A stretch of 64,000 nucleotides of DNA from an uncultured Chloroflexia bacterium. GTDB taxonomy: Bacteria > Chloroflexota > Limnocylindria > Limnocylindrales > CSP1-4. The notes below the pieces were generated by a model, which saw only the letters and a list, made by a program, of their open reading frames with translations, made no database searches and had not been told where the DNA came from. The position numbers and the translations under genes were made by a program. This document shows, piece by piece, positions 32,443 to 42,043 of the stretch (its first letter is position 1; every line of letters starts with the position of its first letter). The DNA lies in the NCBI GenBank assembly GCA_963816905.1, contig CAWFMQ010000014.1, positions 172,715 to 236,714 of the forward strand. Reading direction: 5' to 3'.

Positions 32443-32823
32443 TCACGTGGTGCCATCGGCCGGTGGCCGGCCGGCCTGCATGGTCTCCGCCGGTGCGGAA
32501 CCTGGTGCGGCGGTGGCCTTCGCCCCACGGTAGCGCGCCTCGAAATTGTCGATCAAACGTCGCCGCTCGCGCATCACCGCGGCCCACTCGTCGAGAGCCG
32601 CCCAACCCGCCTCGGTGAGGATGTAGTCGCGGCGCTGTGGTCCCGTCGGCTCGGACGACCAGGTCGAGGCGACCTCGCCGACCGCCTCGAGGTCACGCAA
32701 GGTTTTGTAGACCTGCCCGACGTCCACGTCCTCGCCGCTGACACCCATCTCCTGCAGCTGGCCAATGAGGCCGTAGCCGTGCGCCGATCCCTCGGCAAGT
32801 AGCGCCAGCACGAAGGGCTCCAT
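32443..32823 (-). CDS. PadR family transcriptional regulator
   Basis: ...FVLALLAEGSAHGYGLIGQLQEMG...GQVYKTLRDLEAVGEV... PadR wHTH. Confidence 0.7.
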   Translation of the reverse strand: MEPFVLALLAEGSAHGYGLIGQLQEMGVSGEDVDVGQVYKTLRDLEAVGEVASTWSSEPTGPQRRDYILTEAGWAALDEWAAVMRERRRLIDNFEARYRGAKATAAPGSAPAETMQAGRPPADGTT

Positions 32824-33219
32824 CCAGCGGCGGCGTCCGCCGAGCGGCGCCCAGCCGCGATGCCTCGGCAGGCCGTCGGATTCGGGTCCGGAAGCCGGAA
32901 CGGTCGGACCGCCGACCCGAGGCCCGCCGGGTTCCCCTTCGCCATTCATATGCCGCGAGCTTATGGGCTGGGCGCGGATCTGTCGAACGAATTCGGAGGA
33001 CGGCCGCGTCGGCGGCCCGCCCGGGGCACCGGTCGAAACCGGCCACCGGCTATCGTTCGGCTCGACCGTGCAATCCCTCGTTGCTGTTTGCGATCTTCGT
33101 GGCCGTGGTGATGGCGACGATCGCCGGGCCCTCGACCCTCCCAGGTCGTTGGTTCACCAGATGACCCCCATACTCCGGCGCAGGAGCCATACGGACCTTT
33201 GGTCGGCCACGGCGGTCGG

Positions 33220-34404
33220 TCACACCCCAGGTGAGGTCCTCAGCCGGTAGGCGAAGAGCGCGATCGGCCGGTAGAGCACGTGGGCGAACTTGCCGAACGG
33301 GACCAGGATCACGAGCGCCATCGCCACCGCGACGTGTACCAGGAATACCGGGTAGCCCCAGGCCGGAGCGTCCGGCAGGTAGAGCCCGAGTTCCAGGACG
33401 AACCCGGTTACGCCGGCGACCCACAGCAGGCCCAGGAAGGACCAGTCCGAGACCGTCGACCGCGCCGATGAGCGGTCGCTGTGGCGCATCCGCCGCCAGG
33501 CCAGGATCGTCGTGCCGTAGACGAGCGCCAGGCCGGCGATCGTCCCCAGCAGGCGGACCGGGTACCAGATCGGCACCGCGGTTCCCGTCGGCTTGATTCC
33601 GGCGATCTCCAGCCCGTAATCGAGGAGCGTCGCGGCGAGCAGTCCCAGGAAACCCCACATCGTGACCGCGTGGATGAACCAGCGGCGGAGGTAGAGCGGC
33701 CGATCCTCGACCGCGTCCGTACACTCCTCGCGGAAGCGGGTCTGAGCAAGGGACTCGCGCCCGATCGAATACCAGGCGGCGTCGGCAAGGCGCCGGGCGG
33801 TTGTGCGTCGCGGCCGTGCGGCCGGCGCCTCCCCCGACGCACTCGCGGTGCCGCCGCGCCCCCGGAACATCCGCCGCGTCATCTCGACGAGGCCGGCGAT
33901 CGCGGCGATCGCGAGCACGATCAGCACGATGAGGCCCAGGTTGTGGATGAATCCCGACGGAATGAAGTCGAACAGCGCCAATGTGGAGCCATCCGTCGGA
34001 CCGCGGACCGAGTACATGAATCCGGCGAGTACCGCGATCAGCGCGGTGATGAAGATGCCGGCGAAGATCCGCGAGCTGCCGAGGAACCGTGCCAGTCGCG
34101 TTCGGTCGTAGCTGGCGACGGCGTAGCGACGCGCGGCGGCCATGAAGTCCCCGGGGTCCGCGTGCGTCGGACAGGCGTCCGAACACTCGCCGCAGCCGTA
34201 GCAGAGCCACAGCTCCGGGCTCGAGAGCAGCTGCTCCTTCATGCCAAGCTGCGCATACCGGAACATCCGGCGCGGGAACGCGCTCCCATCGGTCGAGAGC
34301 GGGCAGATCGCGGAGCACACGCCGCAGTTGAAACAGGCCGAGATGTCGCTCGCCCCGTAGTGCCTGAGGTCCGTGAGAAGGTTGCTGTCGACCTGCGCGG
34401 TCAT
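33220..34404 (-). CDS. QmoC/HdrE-like membrane subunit (N-terminal 2x[4Fe-4S] HdrC-like + C-terminal NarI/HdrE-like TM domain)
   Basis: CFNCGVCSAICP ... CYGCGECSDACP, followed by ~5 TM helices with conserved His. 4-nt overlap with the upstream small ORF. Confidence 0.7.
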   Translation of the reverse strand: MTAQVDSNLLTDLRHYGASDISACFNCGVCSAICPLSTDGSAFPRRMFRYAQLGMKEQLLSSPELWLCYGCGECSDACPTHADPGDFMAAARRYAVASYDRTRLARFLGSSRIFAGIFITALIAVLAGFMYSVRGPTDGSTLALFDFIPSGFIHNLGLIVLIVLAIAAIAGLVEMTRRMFRGRGGTASASGEAPAARPRRTTARRLADAAWYSIGRESLAQTRFREECTDAVEDRPLYLRRWFIHAVTMWGFLGLLAATLLDYGLEIAGIKPTGTAVPIWYPVRLLGTIAGLALVYGTTILAWRRMRHSDRSSARSTVSDWSFLGLLWVAGVTGFVLELGLYLPDAPAWGYPVFLVHVAVAMALVILVPFGKFAHVLYRPIALFAYRLRTSPGV

Positions 34405-34655
34405 GCGGTGGGGTCCTTTCGCTCCAGCGCCGCGTACCGGAAATAGCCTTCGTCGTTGGCGCCCTTCAACTCGTGGAGATACCCGTACCGGCGCATGCCC
34501 ATCACCCAGAAGACGACCTCGTGGGTCGGTCGGCCGAGTTCGGCAGCGATCTCCGGGACGGTCCGGGCGCCACCCTCGAGGAACCGGAGGATCCGCGCGT
34601 GCATGAGCGGCTCCTCCCGGATGACCTCACGCGGGTCCCTGTTGACGACGCTCAT
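34401..34655 (-). CDS. Small (84 aa) hypothetical protein, translationally coupled within the hdr operon
   Basis: ATG with GGAGG RBS. ATGA overlap with the hdrA stop and with the qmoC-like start. Possible wHTH-like fold; no family recognised. Confidence 0.4.
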   Translation of the reverse strand: MSVVNRDPREVIREEPLMHARILRFLEGGARTVPEIAAELGRPTHEVVFWVMGMRRYGYLHELKGANDEGYFRYAALERKDPTA

Positions 34656-36493
34656 GCCACTGCCTCCGGGACCAGGCTCACCTTGCGGACCGTGTTCTTG
34701 ACGCTGTGCGAATTCCCGGGCTCGTGCGGGGAGGTCGGGAGGGGGGCCTGCCCCCCTCCAGCCAACTTGTCGATCATCGCGGTGATCTGGGCGCTGGTGT
34801 AGCCCAGCAGGTCGATCGCGTCCTCCGGACACACCGGGACGCAACCGCCGCACCCCTTGCAGCCGGCAGCGGCGATGGACGCGATATCGCGGCCGTTCAG
34901 CCACAGCTTCTCGATGGCGCCGTACGGGCAGGCGTCGACGCACTTCCCGCACCATGTGCAGGCATCTGGGTCGACGATCGCCACGAGCGGATCGAGCTCG
35001 GCCGTGCCCTTCTTGAGGACGGCGGCGCTCTGGGTGACCGCCGCAAGGCCGGAAGCAATCGCCTCCGTCGAGTTCTTGGGTCCCTGGCAGGTCCCGGCGA
35101 TCAGCACGCCTTCCACCATCGTCTCGACCGGGCGCAGCTTGGGATGGATCTCGCTGTAGAACCCGTCCGTGCCGAGCGGCAGCTTGAGGAGGCCCGTGAG
35201 CCCCTCGTTCTTCCGCGGCACCATCCCCGTGACCAGTACGACCAGATCCGCCGGGATCGCGAGCTCTTCCCCGCCGGTCAGGAGGTCCTTGACGGTGACC
35301 ACCAGGCGTCCGGCAGCGTCCCTGGCGACCGCAGGGGGCGCGTCGTCCGGGTACTTCACGTAGACGGCACCGCGCTTCCGCGACTCCGTGTACAACAGCT
35401 CGAACTTGCCGTAGGTGCGGACGTCGCGCGCGAGGTGGTACTGGTGGACCTTCGCATCCAGGTCGGCGACCTTGATCGACGCGTGTGCCGTGGCGGCACA
35501 GCAGTAGCGCGAGCAATACTCGTTGGAGCCCGGTTCGCCCGCCGGTTGCCGGCTGCCGACGCAGTAGATGTAGACGACGTTGCGGACGGGCTTCCCGCGG
35601 TAGCGGAGCGAACCGCTCGAACCGTCGACAAGCTCCTTGAACTCGGGCAGGGTCACGACACCGTCGATGCCGTAGCCGAACTCGCCGTCCGCCGGCTGGT
35701 AGGTGTCGAAGCCGGTGGCCACGACCACCGAACCGACCTCGACCTGGACCGTCTCGGGCGTCCCGCCGTCGATCCGGATGCCGGCGGTGTAGTTGCCGAA
35801 GCTGCCGGACCTGCTGACGACCTCGGCGCTGGTGAAGACCGTAACGCGCGGGCGCCTGGCGATCTCGTCCTGCAGCCTCGCCACGAGCGCATGGCCGTCC
35901 TTGCCGTTGGGATACATTTCGCCGAACCCGCCGACCCAGCCGCCGAGTGCCTGCTCGCGTTCGACCAGGAAGACCTCGAGCCCGATGTCGGCGAGTCCGA
36001 CCGCAGCCCGCATGCCCGCGATGCCGCCACCGATGACGAGCGTCCGCGGGGTGGTCTTGACTTCGATCGGCTCAAGCGGGGTCGTCAGCCGCGTCCGCGC
36101 GATCCCGGCCTTCAGCAGGCAGATGGCTTTGCCTGTTGCGCCGGGACCGTCGTCCGTATGGGCCCAGGAGCACTGCTCCCGCACGTTGACCTGCGTGTAC
36201 TCGAACGGGTTGAGCCCGGCCCGCTTGGCCGCGCCGCGGAACGTGTGGACGTGCAGCTTGGGCGAGCACGAGGCGACGACGAGCCCGTCGAGCCCCTGCT
36301 CCTCGATGTCCGAGACGATCTGCTGCTGCCCGGCGTCGGAGCAGGCGAACATGGTCGACCGGGTGACCACGACGTCGGGGTTGTCGCTGACGGCGGCCAC
36401 GACCTCGTCGACATCCACGTAGTCGGAGATGTTGCCGCCGCAGTGGCAGACGTAGACGCCGATCCGGCGTTCGCCGGTGGGTTGCTCGGTCAT
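34652..36493 (-). CDS. hdrA: Heterodisulfide reductase subunit A-like flavoprotein (HdrA/QmoA-B family), full length
   Basis: N-terminal Cys domain IGVYVCHCGGNI...VNVREQCSWAH; FAD fold LVIGGGIAGMRAA; ...CSRYCC...; C-terminal CTWCGKCVDACP/CKGCGGCVPVCP ferredoxin. Start ATG 36493 overlaps the upstream stop (ATGA). Confidence 0.85.
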   Translation of the reverse strand: MTEQPTGERRIGVYVCHCGGNISDYVDVDEVVAAVSDNPDVVVTRSTMFACSDAGQQQIVSDIEEQGLDGLVVASCSPKLHVHTFRGAAKRAGLNPFEYTQVNVREQCSWAHTDDGPGATGKAICLLKAGIARTRLTTPLEPIEVKTTPRTLVIGGGIAGMRAAVGLADIGLEVFLVEREQALGGWVGGFGEMYPNGKDGHALVARLQDEIARRPRVTVFTSAEVVSRSGSFGNYTAGIRIDGGTPETVQVEVGSVVVATGFDTYQPADGEFGYGIDGVVTLPEFKELVDGSSGSLRYRGKPVRNVVYIYCVGSRQPAGEPGSNEYCSRYCCAATAHASIKVADLDAKVHQYHLARDVRTYGKFELLYTESRKRGAVYVKYPDDAPPAVARDAAGRLVVTVKDLLTGGEELAIPADLVVLVTGMVPRKNEGLTGLLKLPLGTDGFYSEIHPKLRPVETMVEGVLIAGTCQGPKNSTEAIASGLAAVTQSAAVLKKGTAELDPLVAIVDPDACTWCGKCVDACPYGAIEKLWLNGRDIASIAAAGCKGCGGCVPVCPEDAIDLLGYTSAQITAMIDKLAGGGQAPLPTSPHEPGNSHSVKNTVRKVSLVPEAVA

Positions 36494-39196
36494 GCCGGCA
36501 CCTTCAGCCCTTCCAGGTGTGCTGCCGCCCCCGCGACCGCCGCACCCGCGTGGAGGATCGAGTCGGTGATGTCTCGCGCGCCCGCCGCAGCACCGGCCAC
36601 GAACACGCCGGGAATGCTGGTTCGGCCGGGACTCAGGTCCTCGTCGGGTTCGCCGACGTAGCCGTACTCGTCCGGGGCCAGGGCGTTCAACGGGAAGAGG
36701 CCTTCGGCGTCGTGGTTCGGCTGGACGCCGACCGCCAGGACGACCAGGTCGTACTCGGCGTCGACGAGCGCCCCGCCTCCCTCGATGTCCTCGTAGCGCA
36801 GGACGAGGTTGCCGTCGTCCTTCTCGGTGACCTTTGCGACGCGCCCCTTGATGTAGTTGGCGCCCATGGACTTCGCGCCCTCGTAGAACTCGTCGTAGCG
36901 CTTGCCGGCCGCCCGGATGTCCATGTGGTGGACGGTGACGTCGGCGAGCGGCAGGGCGCCCATGATCAGCTGGTTCTGCTTCACGGAGTACATGCAGCAG
37001 AACTTGGAGCAGAGCGGGTTGTCCACGGTTTCGTCGCGTGAGCCGGTGCACATCACGTAGGCGATGCGCTCGGGCACCTTGCCGTCGCCGGGCCGCAGGA
37101 CGGTGTTGAAGGGCCGGGTCGGCGCCAGCAGGCGGTCCATCTGCATGCCGGTGATGACGTTCTTGTATGTCCCGAACCCGTACTGCGGCTTGAGGTCCGC
37201 ATTGAAGAGCTTGAAGCCGGTGGCCACGACCACCGCGCCGACCTGGACGTCGAACTCGTGTTCCCGCATCCGCAGGTCGATGGCGTAGGCCGGGCACGCG
37301 GTGATGCACTGCCCGCACTCGGAGCAGACGCCGCAGTCCAGGCAGCGCCCGGCACCCGCCAGTGCCTCCTCCTCTGTCATCGGCGGCTCGAGCTCGAGGA
37401 AGCCGGCCGGGCTGCCGACCACGGCCGCCGCGATGGCGGCCGGTCCATCGACGTGCGTGTAGGTCGTCTGCCGCGCCAGCACCTTCTGCTTGTCCGCAAT
37501 CGGCAGCGGGAGGTCGAACCCCGTCAGGGCCTCGCCGCGGAGCCAGCGGTCGAGCATGAACGCCGCTCGGCGCCCCTGGCCGACGGCCTGCGCGATGTCC
37601 GACGCACCCGTGACGACATCGCCCGCCGCAAACACCTCCGCCACCTCGGTCTGCAGCGTCCCGCGATCGACCCTGATCGTGGAGTTGCCGTTGACCTTGA
37701 GCCGCCCGGCGAACGCGACCGTGTCGGGCGTCATGCCGATCGCGACGATCACGGCGTCGCAGTCGATGACGAACTCGCTGTTGGGGATCGGTTCGGGCCG
37801 CCGACGGCCGGAGGCGTCGGGCCGGCCGAGACGCATGCGGGCGCACCGGAGGCCGGTCACGCGACCCGTCGGCCCCGCCGACGACCTCGACCGGGGCGAC
37901 CAGGAACTCGAAACGGACGCCCTCCAGCTCGGCGTCGTGGACCTCGGGGCCGTGCGCCGGCATCTCCTCGCGACCGCGGCGATAGGCCACTCGCGTTTCC
38001 CGGCGCACCGAGCCGGAGTGCGGTCCGCGCCGCGTCCATGGCGACGTTGCCGCCACCGACGACGACAACGCGCTTCCCTGCCAGGTCGGCGGGCCGGTCG
38101 AGCTTGACCGCGCGGAGGAACTCGAGGCCGGACAGGACGCCGGCGCGCTCCTCGCCCGGGACGCCGAGGCTCGTCGAAAGCGGAGTGCCGGTCGCCAGCA
38201 GGACCGCGTCGTAGCCCGCGGCGCGCAGGTCTTCGACATCCTCGACCGGGCGTCCGTGGCGATCTCCACGCCGAGCGCCGTGACGTTCGCGATGTCCTGC
38301 GCCACGACTTCCGGTGGCAGGCGGTAGCCCGGAATGGCGAGGCGGAGGAATCCACCCGGCTCCGACGCCGACTCAAAGATCTTGACCCTGTATCCCTTGC
38401 GCGCCATCTGCCAGGCGGCGGTCAGCCCGGTCGGGCCGGAGCCCACCACGGCCACCGACTTCCCGTTCAGGGGCGGCGGCTCGATGCCGGGCCCGTCTGC
38501 TCCCGCGTAATGCCGGTCCGCGACGAACCGCTTCAGGCGGCGGATCGGCAGCGTGCCCTCGAGGCTGCCCCGCGTGCACTCGCTCTCGCACGGCGCGTAG
38601 CAGGCACGACCCAGCGTGCCGACGAGCGGCGTCGCATCCAGCACCAGCTGGAACGCCTTCTCGTATTCCCCGCTGCGGATCAGCGAGACGTACCCGTGGG
38701 CCCTGATGCCCGCCGGGCAGGTGAAGCTGCACGGCGATTTCCCGTCACGCTCGATGACCGCCTTCTTGGGCACTGCCTGCGGGAACGCGATGTACGCCGC
38801 CCGGCGGGCCACCAGGTCCGCGTTGAACTGGTCCGGCACCGCGACCGTGCAGGCCTGCTCACACAGCTGGCAGCCGGTGCAGGCCGCCTCGTCCACGTAG
38901 CGCGGCTTCTGGCGCACGGTGGCGTGGAACCGGCCGTCCCCGTCGGGCGTGATCCCACGGACCTCGCTGTAGGTGAGCGCCGTGATGTTCGGGTGGTGAA
39001 TGGTGCCCGCCATCTTCGGCGTGGAGATGCAGCTGGCGCAGTCCAGGGTCGGGAAGACCTTGCTGAGCAGGATCATCTTCCCGCCCACGCTGGCTTCCTT
39101 CTCCACGAGCAGCACCTTGTAGCCCATGTCGCCGAGCTTCAGCGCGGACTCCATGCCGCCGATTCCGGCGCCGACGACCAGGACGTCGTACTCCAT
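36490..39196 (-). CDS. HdrA-like protein whose ferredoxin-insert region carries a GltD/NfnB-like NAD(P)H-binding module; >=3 frameshifts
   Basis: HdrA N-part (MEYDVLVVGAGIGG...FPTLDCASCIS...HPNI...CTGCQLCEQAC...YIAFPQAVP) runs directly into a GltD-like module (CPAGI...LIRSGEYEKAF...GRACYAPCESECTRG...VAVVGSGPTGLTAA...VAYRRGREEMPA...AAGDVVTGASDIAQAVGQGRRAA). The HdrA C-part follows (CLDCGVCSECGQCITACP...VVVATGF...CTGSRDE...CSKFCC...). The pieces are spread over three frames. Confidence 0.65.
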
Positions 39197-39199
39197 CGC

Positions 39200-39643
39200 T
39201 CAACTCACTTCGGACGGCCCGAGCTGGGCCAGCGCGTCCGAGAACTGCTGCATGTGCCGGGTGAACTGCTCGGCGCAGACGGAACAGATGGCGGCCATCC
39301 GCACGCGTGACGGCGCATGGCCGCGTTCCTTGAGCAGCGCCTGCGACTCGGCCATGATTCGGGAGGCGCGGTGGGCGCAGTCCGGGAGATAGGCGCATTC
39401 GTCGCCGTCCGAGGCGACGAACACGCCGTCGAACCCACGCTCGATGGCGCGCAGGATCCAGGCCGGCTTGATGCCGCTGGTGCAGGGCAGCCCGATGACC
39501 ACGACGCCGGGCGAGTAGTGCATGTGGGCACTTCCCGCAAGGTCGATGCCGGGGTCCGAGATGTTGTTGGTGGAGAAGACCAGGATCCTCGGGGCGGATC
39601 CCGACCCTCGCTCCGGCGCCACGGGGACGGCGAGCGCGCTCAT
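39200..39643 (-). CDS. mvhD: MvhD/FlpD-like protein (methyl-viologen-reducing hydrogenase delta subunit family)
   Basis: ILVFSTNNISDPGIDLAGS...VVVIGLPCTSGIKPAWILRAIERGFDGVFVASDGDECAY. RBS AGGAG. Stop overlaps the downstream start. Confidence 0.8.
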   Translation of the reverse strand: MSALAVPVAPERGSGSAPRILVFSTNNISDPGIDLAGSAHMHYSPGVVVIGLPCTSGIKPAWILRAIERGFDGVFVASDGDECAYLPDCAHRASRIMAESQALLKERGHAPSRVRMAAICSVCAEQFTRHMQQFSDALAQLGPSEVS

Positions 39644-39731
39644 CGGGTCATGGCTCCTGACTGCGTGTCGTTGGGAGAAATGGGCGGAGGCCGTTGGTGG
39701 CGGCGCTCCGCCCGGGGGTCGTATCCGGTGG

Positions 39732-39995
39732 CTACTTCCCGCGGCGGACGAACACGCGGTCGTAGCCCTCAGCCTGGAGGGAGCCGAGGAACGCGTGGCC
39801 GACCTTCGCGGACCAGGCGCCGATGTCCGTCTTGGTGACGGGATCGGTTGACCAGATCTCGATGACAGAGCCGATGGGCACGGTGCCCATGCCCTTCTTG
39901 GCCTCGAGCAGCGGGCCGGGGCAGGCGGCGCCGCGCGCGTCGATGACCTTGGCGACGACGATGGTCTCGAGCTCGGGTGCGGTTGCGATTGCCAT
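39732..39995 (-). CDS. tusA: TusA-family sulfurtransferase (CPxP motif)
   Basis: 87 aa; ...IDARGAACPGPLLEAKKGMG... Confidence 0.8.
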   Translation of the reverse strand: MAIATAPELETIVVAKVIDARGAACPGPLLEAKKGMGTVPIGSVIEIWSTDPVTKTDIGAWSAKVGHAFLGSLQAEGYDRVFVRRGK

Positions 39996-40013
39996 TGCGG
40001 TCTCCTTTGGGGT

Positions 40014-40376
40014 TCAGTAGGTAAGGACGTTGGTGGCCGAGGTGACCTCGGCGACAAAGCGGCCGGCGGCGACGATCTCCGCGCCCTCGATGAGCGCGTC
40101 CGCGCCGATTTCGCGGCTCTTGAGACACGGCGAGCACACGAGCAACTTCCCGCCGAGTTCGCGGAAGTCGCCGAACAGCCTGGCCAGCGGCGGGAACCCG
40201 GCGGCCTCGACCATCTCGATGGTGCCGGCGCGGGCGAGGAGGACACCGTCCGCCTGGAGGCCGACGACGACCTCGACGTCCGAGGCCAGTGCGGCGGCGG
40301 CCATCACGAACGGGATCGTCACGTGCTCCGGGTGGTCCGGGCCGTGCGTGACCATGAATACGAGCTTCTCTGCCAT
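40014..40376 (-). CDS. DsrE/DsrF-like family protein (DsrE3-type)
   Basis: MAEKLVFMVTHGPDHPEHVTIPFVMAAAA...LLVCSPCLKSREI...; ~120 aa. Confidence 0.75.
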   Translation of the reverse strand: MAEKLVFMVTHGPDHPEHVTIPFVMAAAALASDVEVVVGLQADGVLLARAGTIEMVEAAGFPPLARLFGDFRELGGKLLVCSPCLKSREIGADALIEGAEIVAAGRFVAEVTSATNVLTY

Positions 40377-40408
40377 GAATGTGTCCGTCTCCGGGTGCGA
40401 ATGACCGA

Positions 40409-40819
40409 TCAGATGAAGAGGAGCTGGCCGTCGTCGGCACTCAGGAAGAACGTCGCGACACCGCTGACGCCGTCCACGACCGGATCCAGCTGGGACGGTT
40501 CGAGCTTCAGCAGGTCCATCGAAGCCGAGCAGGCCTGGATGTTCACCTCGCCGAGTTCCTTGACCTGCCGGAACGTGTCCAGCCACTGGAGGGCGGCCGG
40601 GACCTTCTGGTCGACGAGCTGCCGGTCGGCGGGTCCCGCCTCCGCGGAAAGGCCACGGGCGTGGCCGGCGCGATCGGTTCGGAACGCGTCGAGTGCCCAG
40701 AACTGGAGCAGGACGTTGACCGGCTTGCCCAGTGCCGCGGCGCCGGCGGCGAGGATCGCGGCGGCCTGGAGCTTGTCGTCGGTGCCGGAGAAGAGAACGA
40801 GCGAGAGCGTGTCTGACAC
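40409..40819 (-). CDS. DsrE/TusD-like family protein
   Basis: 136 aa; ...LSLVLFSGTDDKLQAAAILAAGAAALG...IQACSASMDL... DsrE-fold pattern. Confidence 0.6.
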   Translation of the reverse strand: MSDTLSLVLFSGTDDKLQAAAILAAGAAALGKPVNVLLQFWALDAFRTDRAGHARGLSAEAGPADRQLVDQKVPAALQWLDTFRQVKELGEVNIQACSASMDLLKLEPSQLDPVVDGVSGVATFFLSADDGQLLFI

Positions 40820-40828
40820 GGGGCGGCC

Positions 40829-41188
40829 TCAGCTATGAACGGCGGTGGGTTGTGGTGGGGCGCTGCATGCGGCGGCCAGGTCGCCGAGCCGCGAGATCTG
40901 GCGGAGGAGGACCTGCCGCATCAGCTCGCAGGCATCGACGACGCCGCCGTCGGTCAGCTGGTAGCGGACCTCGCGCCCGGTGCGGACGGCCTCGACGAGC
41001 CCCGCCGCACGAAGCGCCGCCAGGTGGCGCGACGCGGCCGGCTGCGGGATCTCGAGGTGATCGGCGAGCCGGCCGACCTCCCACGGTCCGTCCGCGAGGA
41101 GGTGCACCATCTCGAGCCGGCGCGGATTGGCGAGGGCCATCAGGACGGCGGCCTGCAGGGCGTAGATGTCGTCCACGGGTCGGAACAC
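40829..41188 (-). CDS. ArsR/SmtB family transcriptional regulator (first gene of hdr/tusA operon)
   Basis: ...NPRRLEMVHLLADGPWEVGRLADHLEIPQPAASRHLAALRAAGLVE... Confidence 0.7.
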   Translation of the reverse strand: MFRPVDDIYALQAAVLMALANPRRLEMVHLLADGPWEVGRLADHLEIPQPAASRHLAALRAAGLVEAVRTGREVRYQLTDGGVVDACELMRQVLLRQISRLGDLAAACSAPPQPTAVHS

Positions 41189-41236
41189 GTGCGGCTCCCC
41201 GGCAATTCGGCGCGCGACGTCGCAGCGATCGAGGGC

Positions 41237-41729
41237 TCAGAGCTCGACGCGCGCCGCGTGGTCCAACGCGACCACGAGGCCCTCGGCCGCGCTTCTCGTC
41301 GAGGTTGTGCTCGAGGATCGGGATGTAGAGCGATTCCTCGCGCAGGTGGACCTTGAGGATCGAGTACAGGCGATACAGGACCCGGGTAAGCTCGATCAAT
41401 TCGGCGCCCGGCGCGCCGGGTTTCACCAGGCGGTCCGACAGGTCGCCGAGTTGCGCAATGAGCCTTCGGATCTCGGCGTGCTCCCGCTCCATCGGTGCCA
41501 TCGCGAGCCGGCAGGACAGCAACCGGTCCAACTCGGGATGCACGGCCGCCTCGACCGCTTCCATGTGCGGCAGGAGCGTCGTAACGAGGAACTCGTGCTC
41601 CGATGCGACCTTTGCCGCGAGATCCTCTCGAGGCAGGTCGCCAACTGCGTCTGCGAGCCGGCGCAGCTCCTCCACGTGGGCCATCAACCGCTCACGATGC
41701 TCTGTCGAAACCTGGGTCAGAGTCGGCAT
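41237..41729 (-). CDS. Hemerythrin-like (HHE cation-binding) domain protein; apparent frameshift near the C-terminus
   Basis: ...LLPHMEAVEAAVHPEL...MEREHAEIRRL...LYRLYSILKVHLREESLYIPILEHNL... The terminal ~18 aa lie in another frame. Confidence 0.55.
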
Positions 41730-42043
41730 GGCCGAGCCTCCTGTCGTGATCGCGAGGCGAGCCGTTCGCCGTCGCGAGCTTGGTCGTACATGGCGGCAGC
41801 TGTCATAGTTGCGATGCTGCTATATGCCTCCGGACACTATACCCCAGATGTCAACGCCTGACATAGGTGTCTCCGCGCCGCGGGCACGCCCGGCGTCATC
41901 GAGCGGCACGCTGGGCTGGGCGCGTGCTCGCGATCGATCGAGAGCCCGCCGCGATCGCTGCCGCGGAGGCAACGACCCCATCTCACCGCCTTCGCCGCTT
42001 GAGTCTGCGGCTCAAGCGGCGGTTGCAGATGCAGCCGGCAGCT

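Noticed and set aside
34652-39196. 1514-aa minus-strand ORF in the six-frame track
   Set aside because: Not one protein. The frame happens to stay open across hdrA, the HdrA/GltD gene and frameshifted junk between them. Internal ATGA-coupled starts (36493) and out-of-frame conserved segments show it is a read-through artefact.
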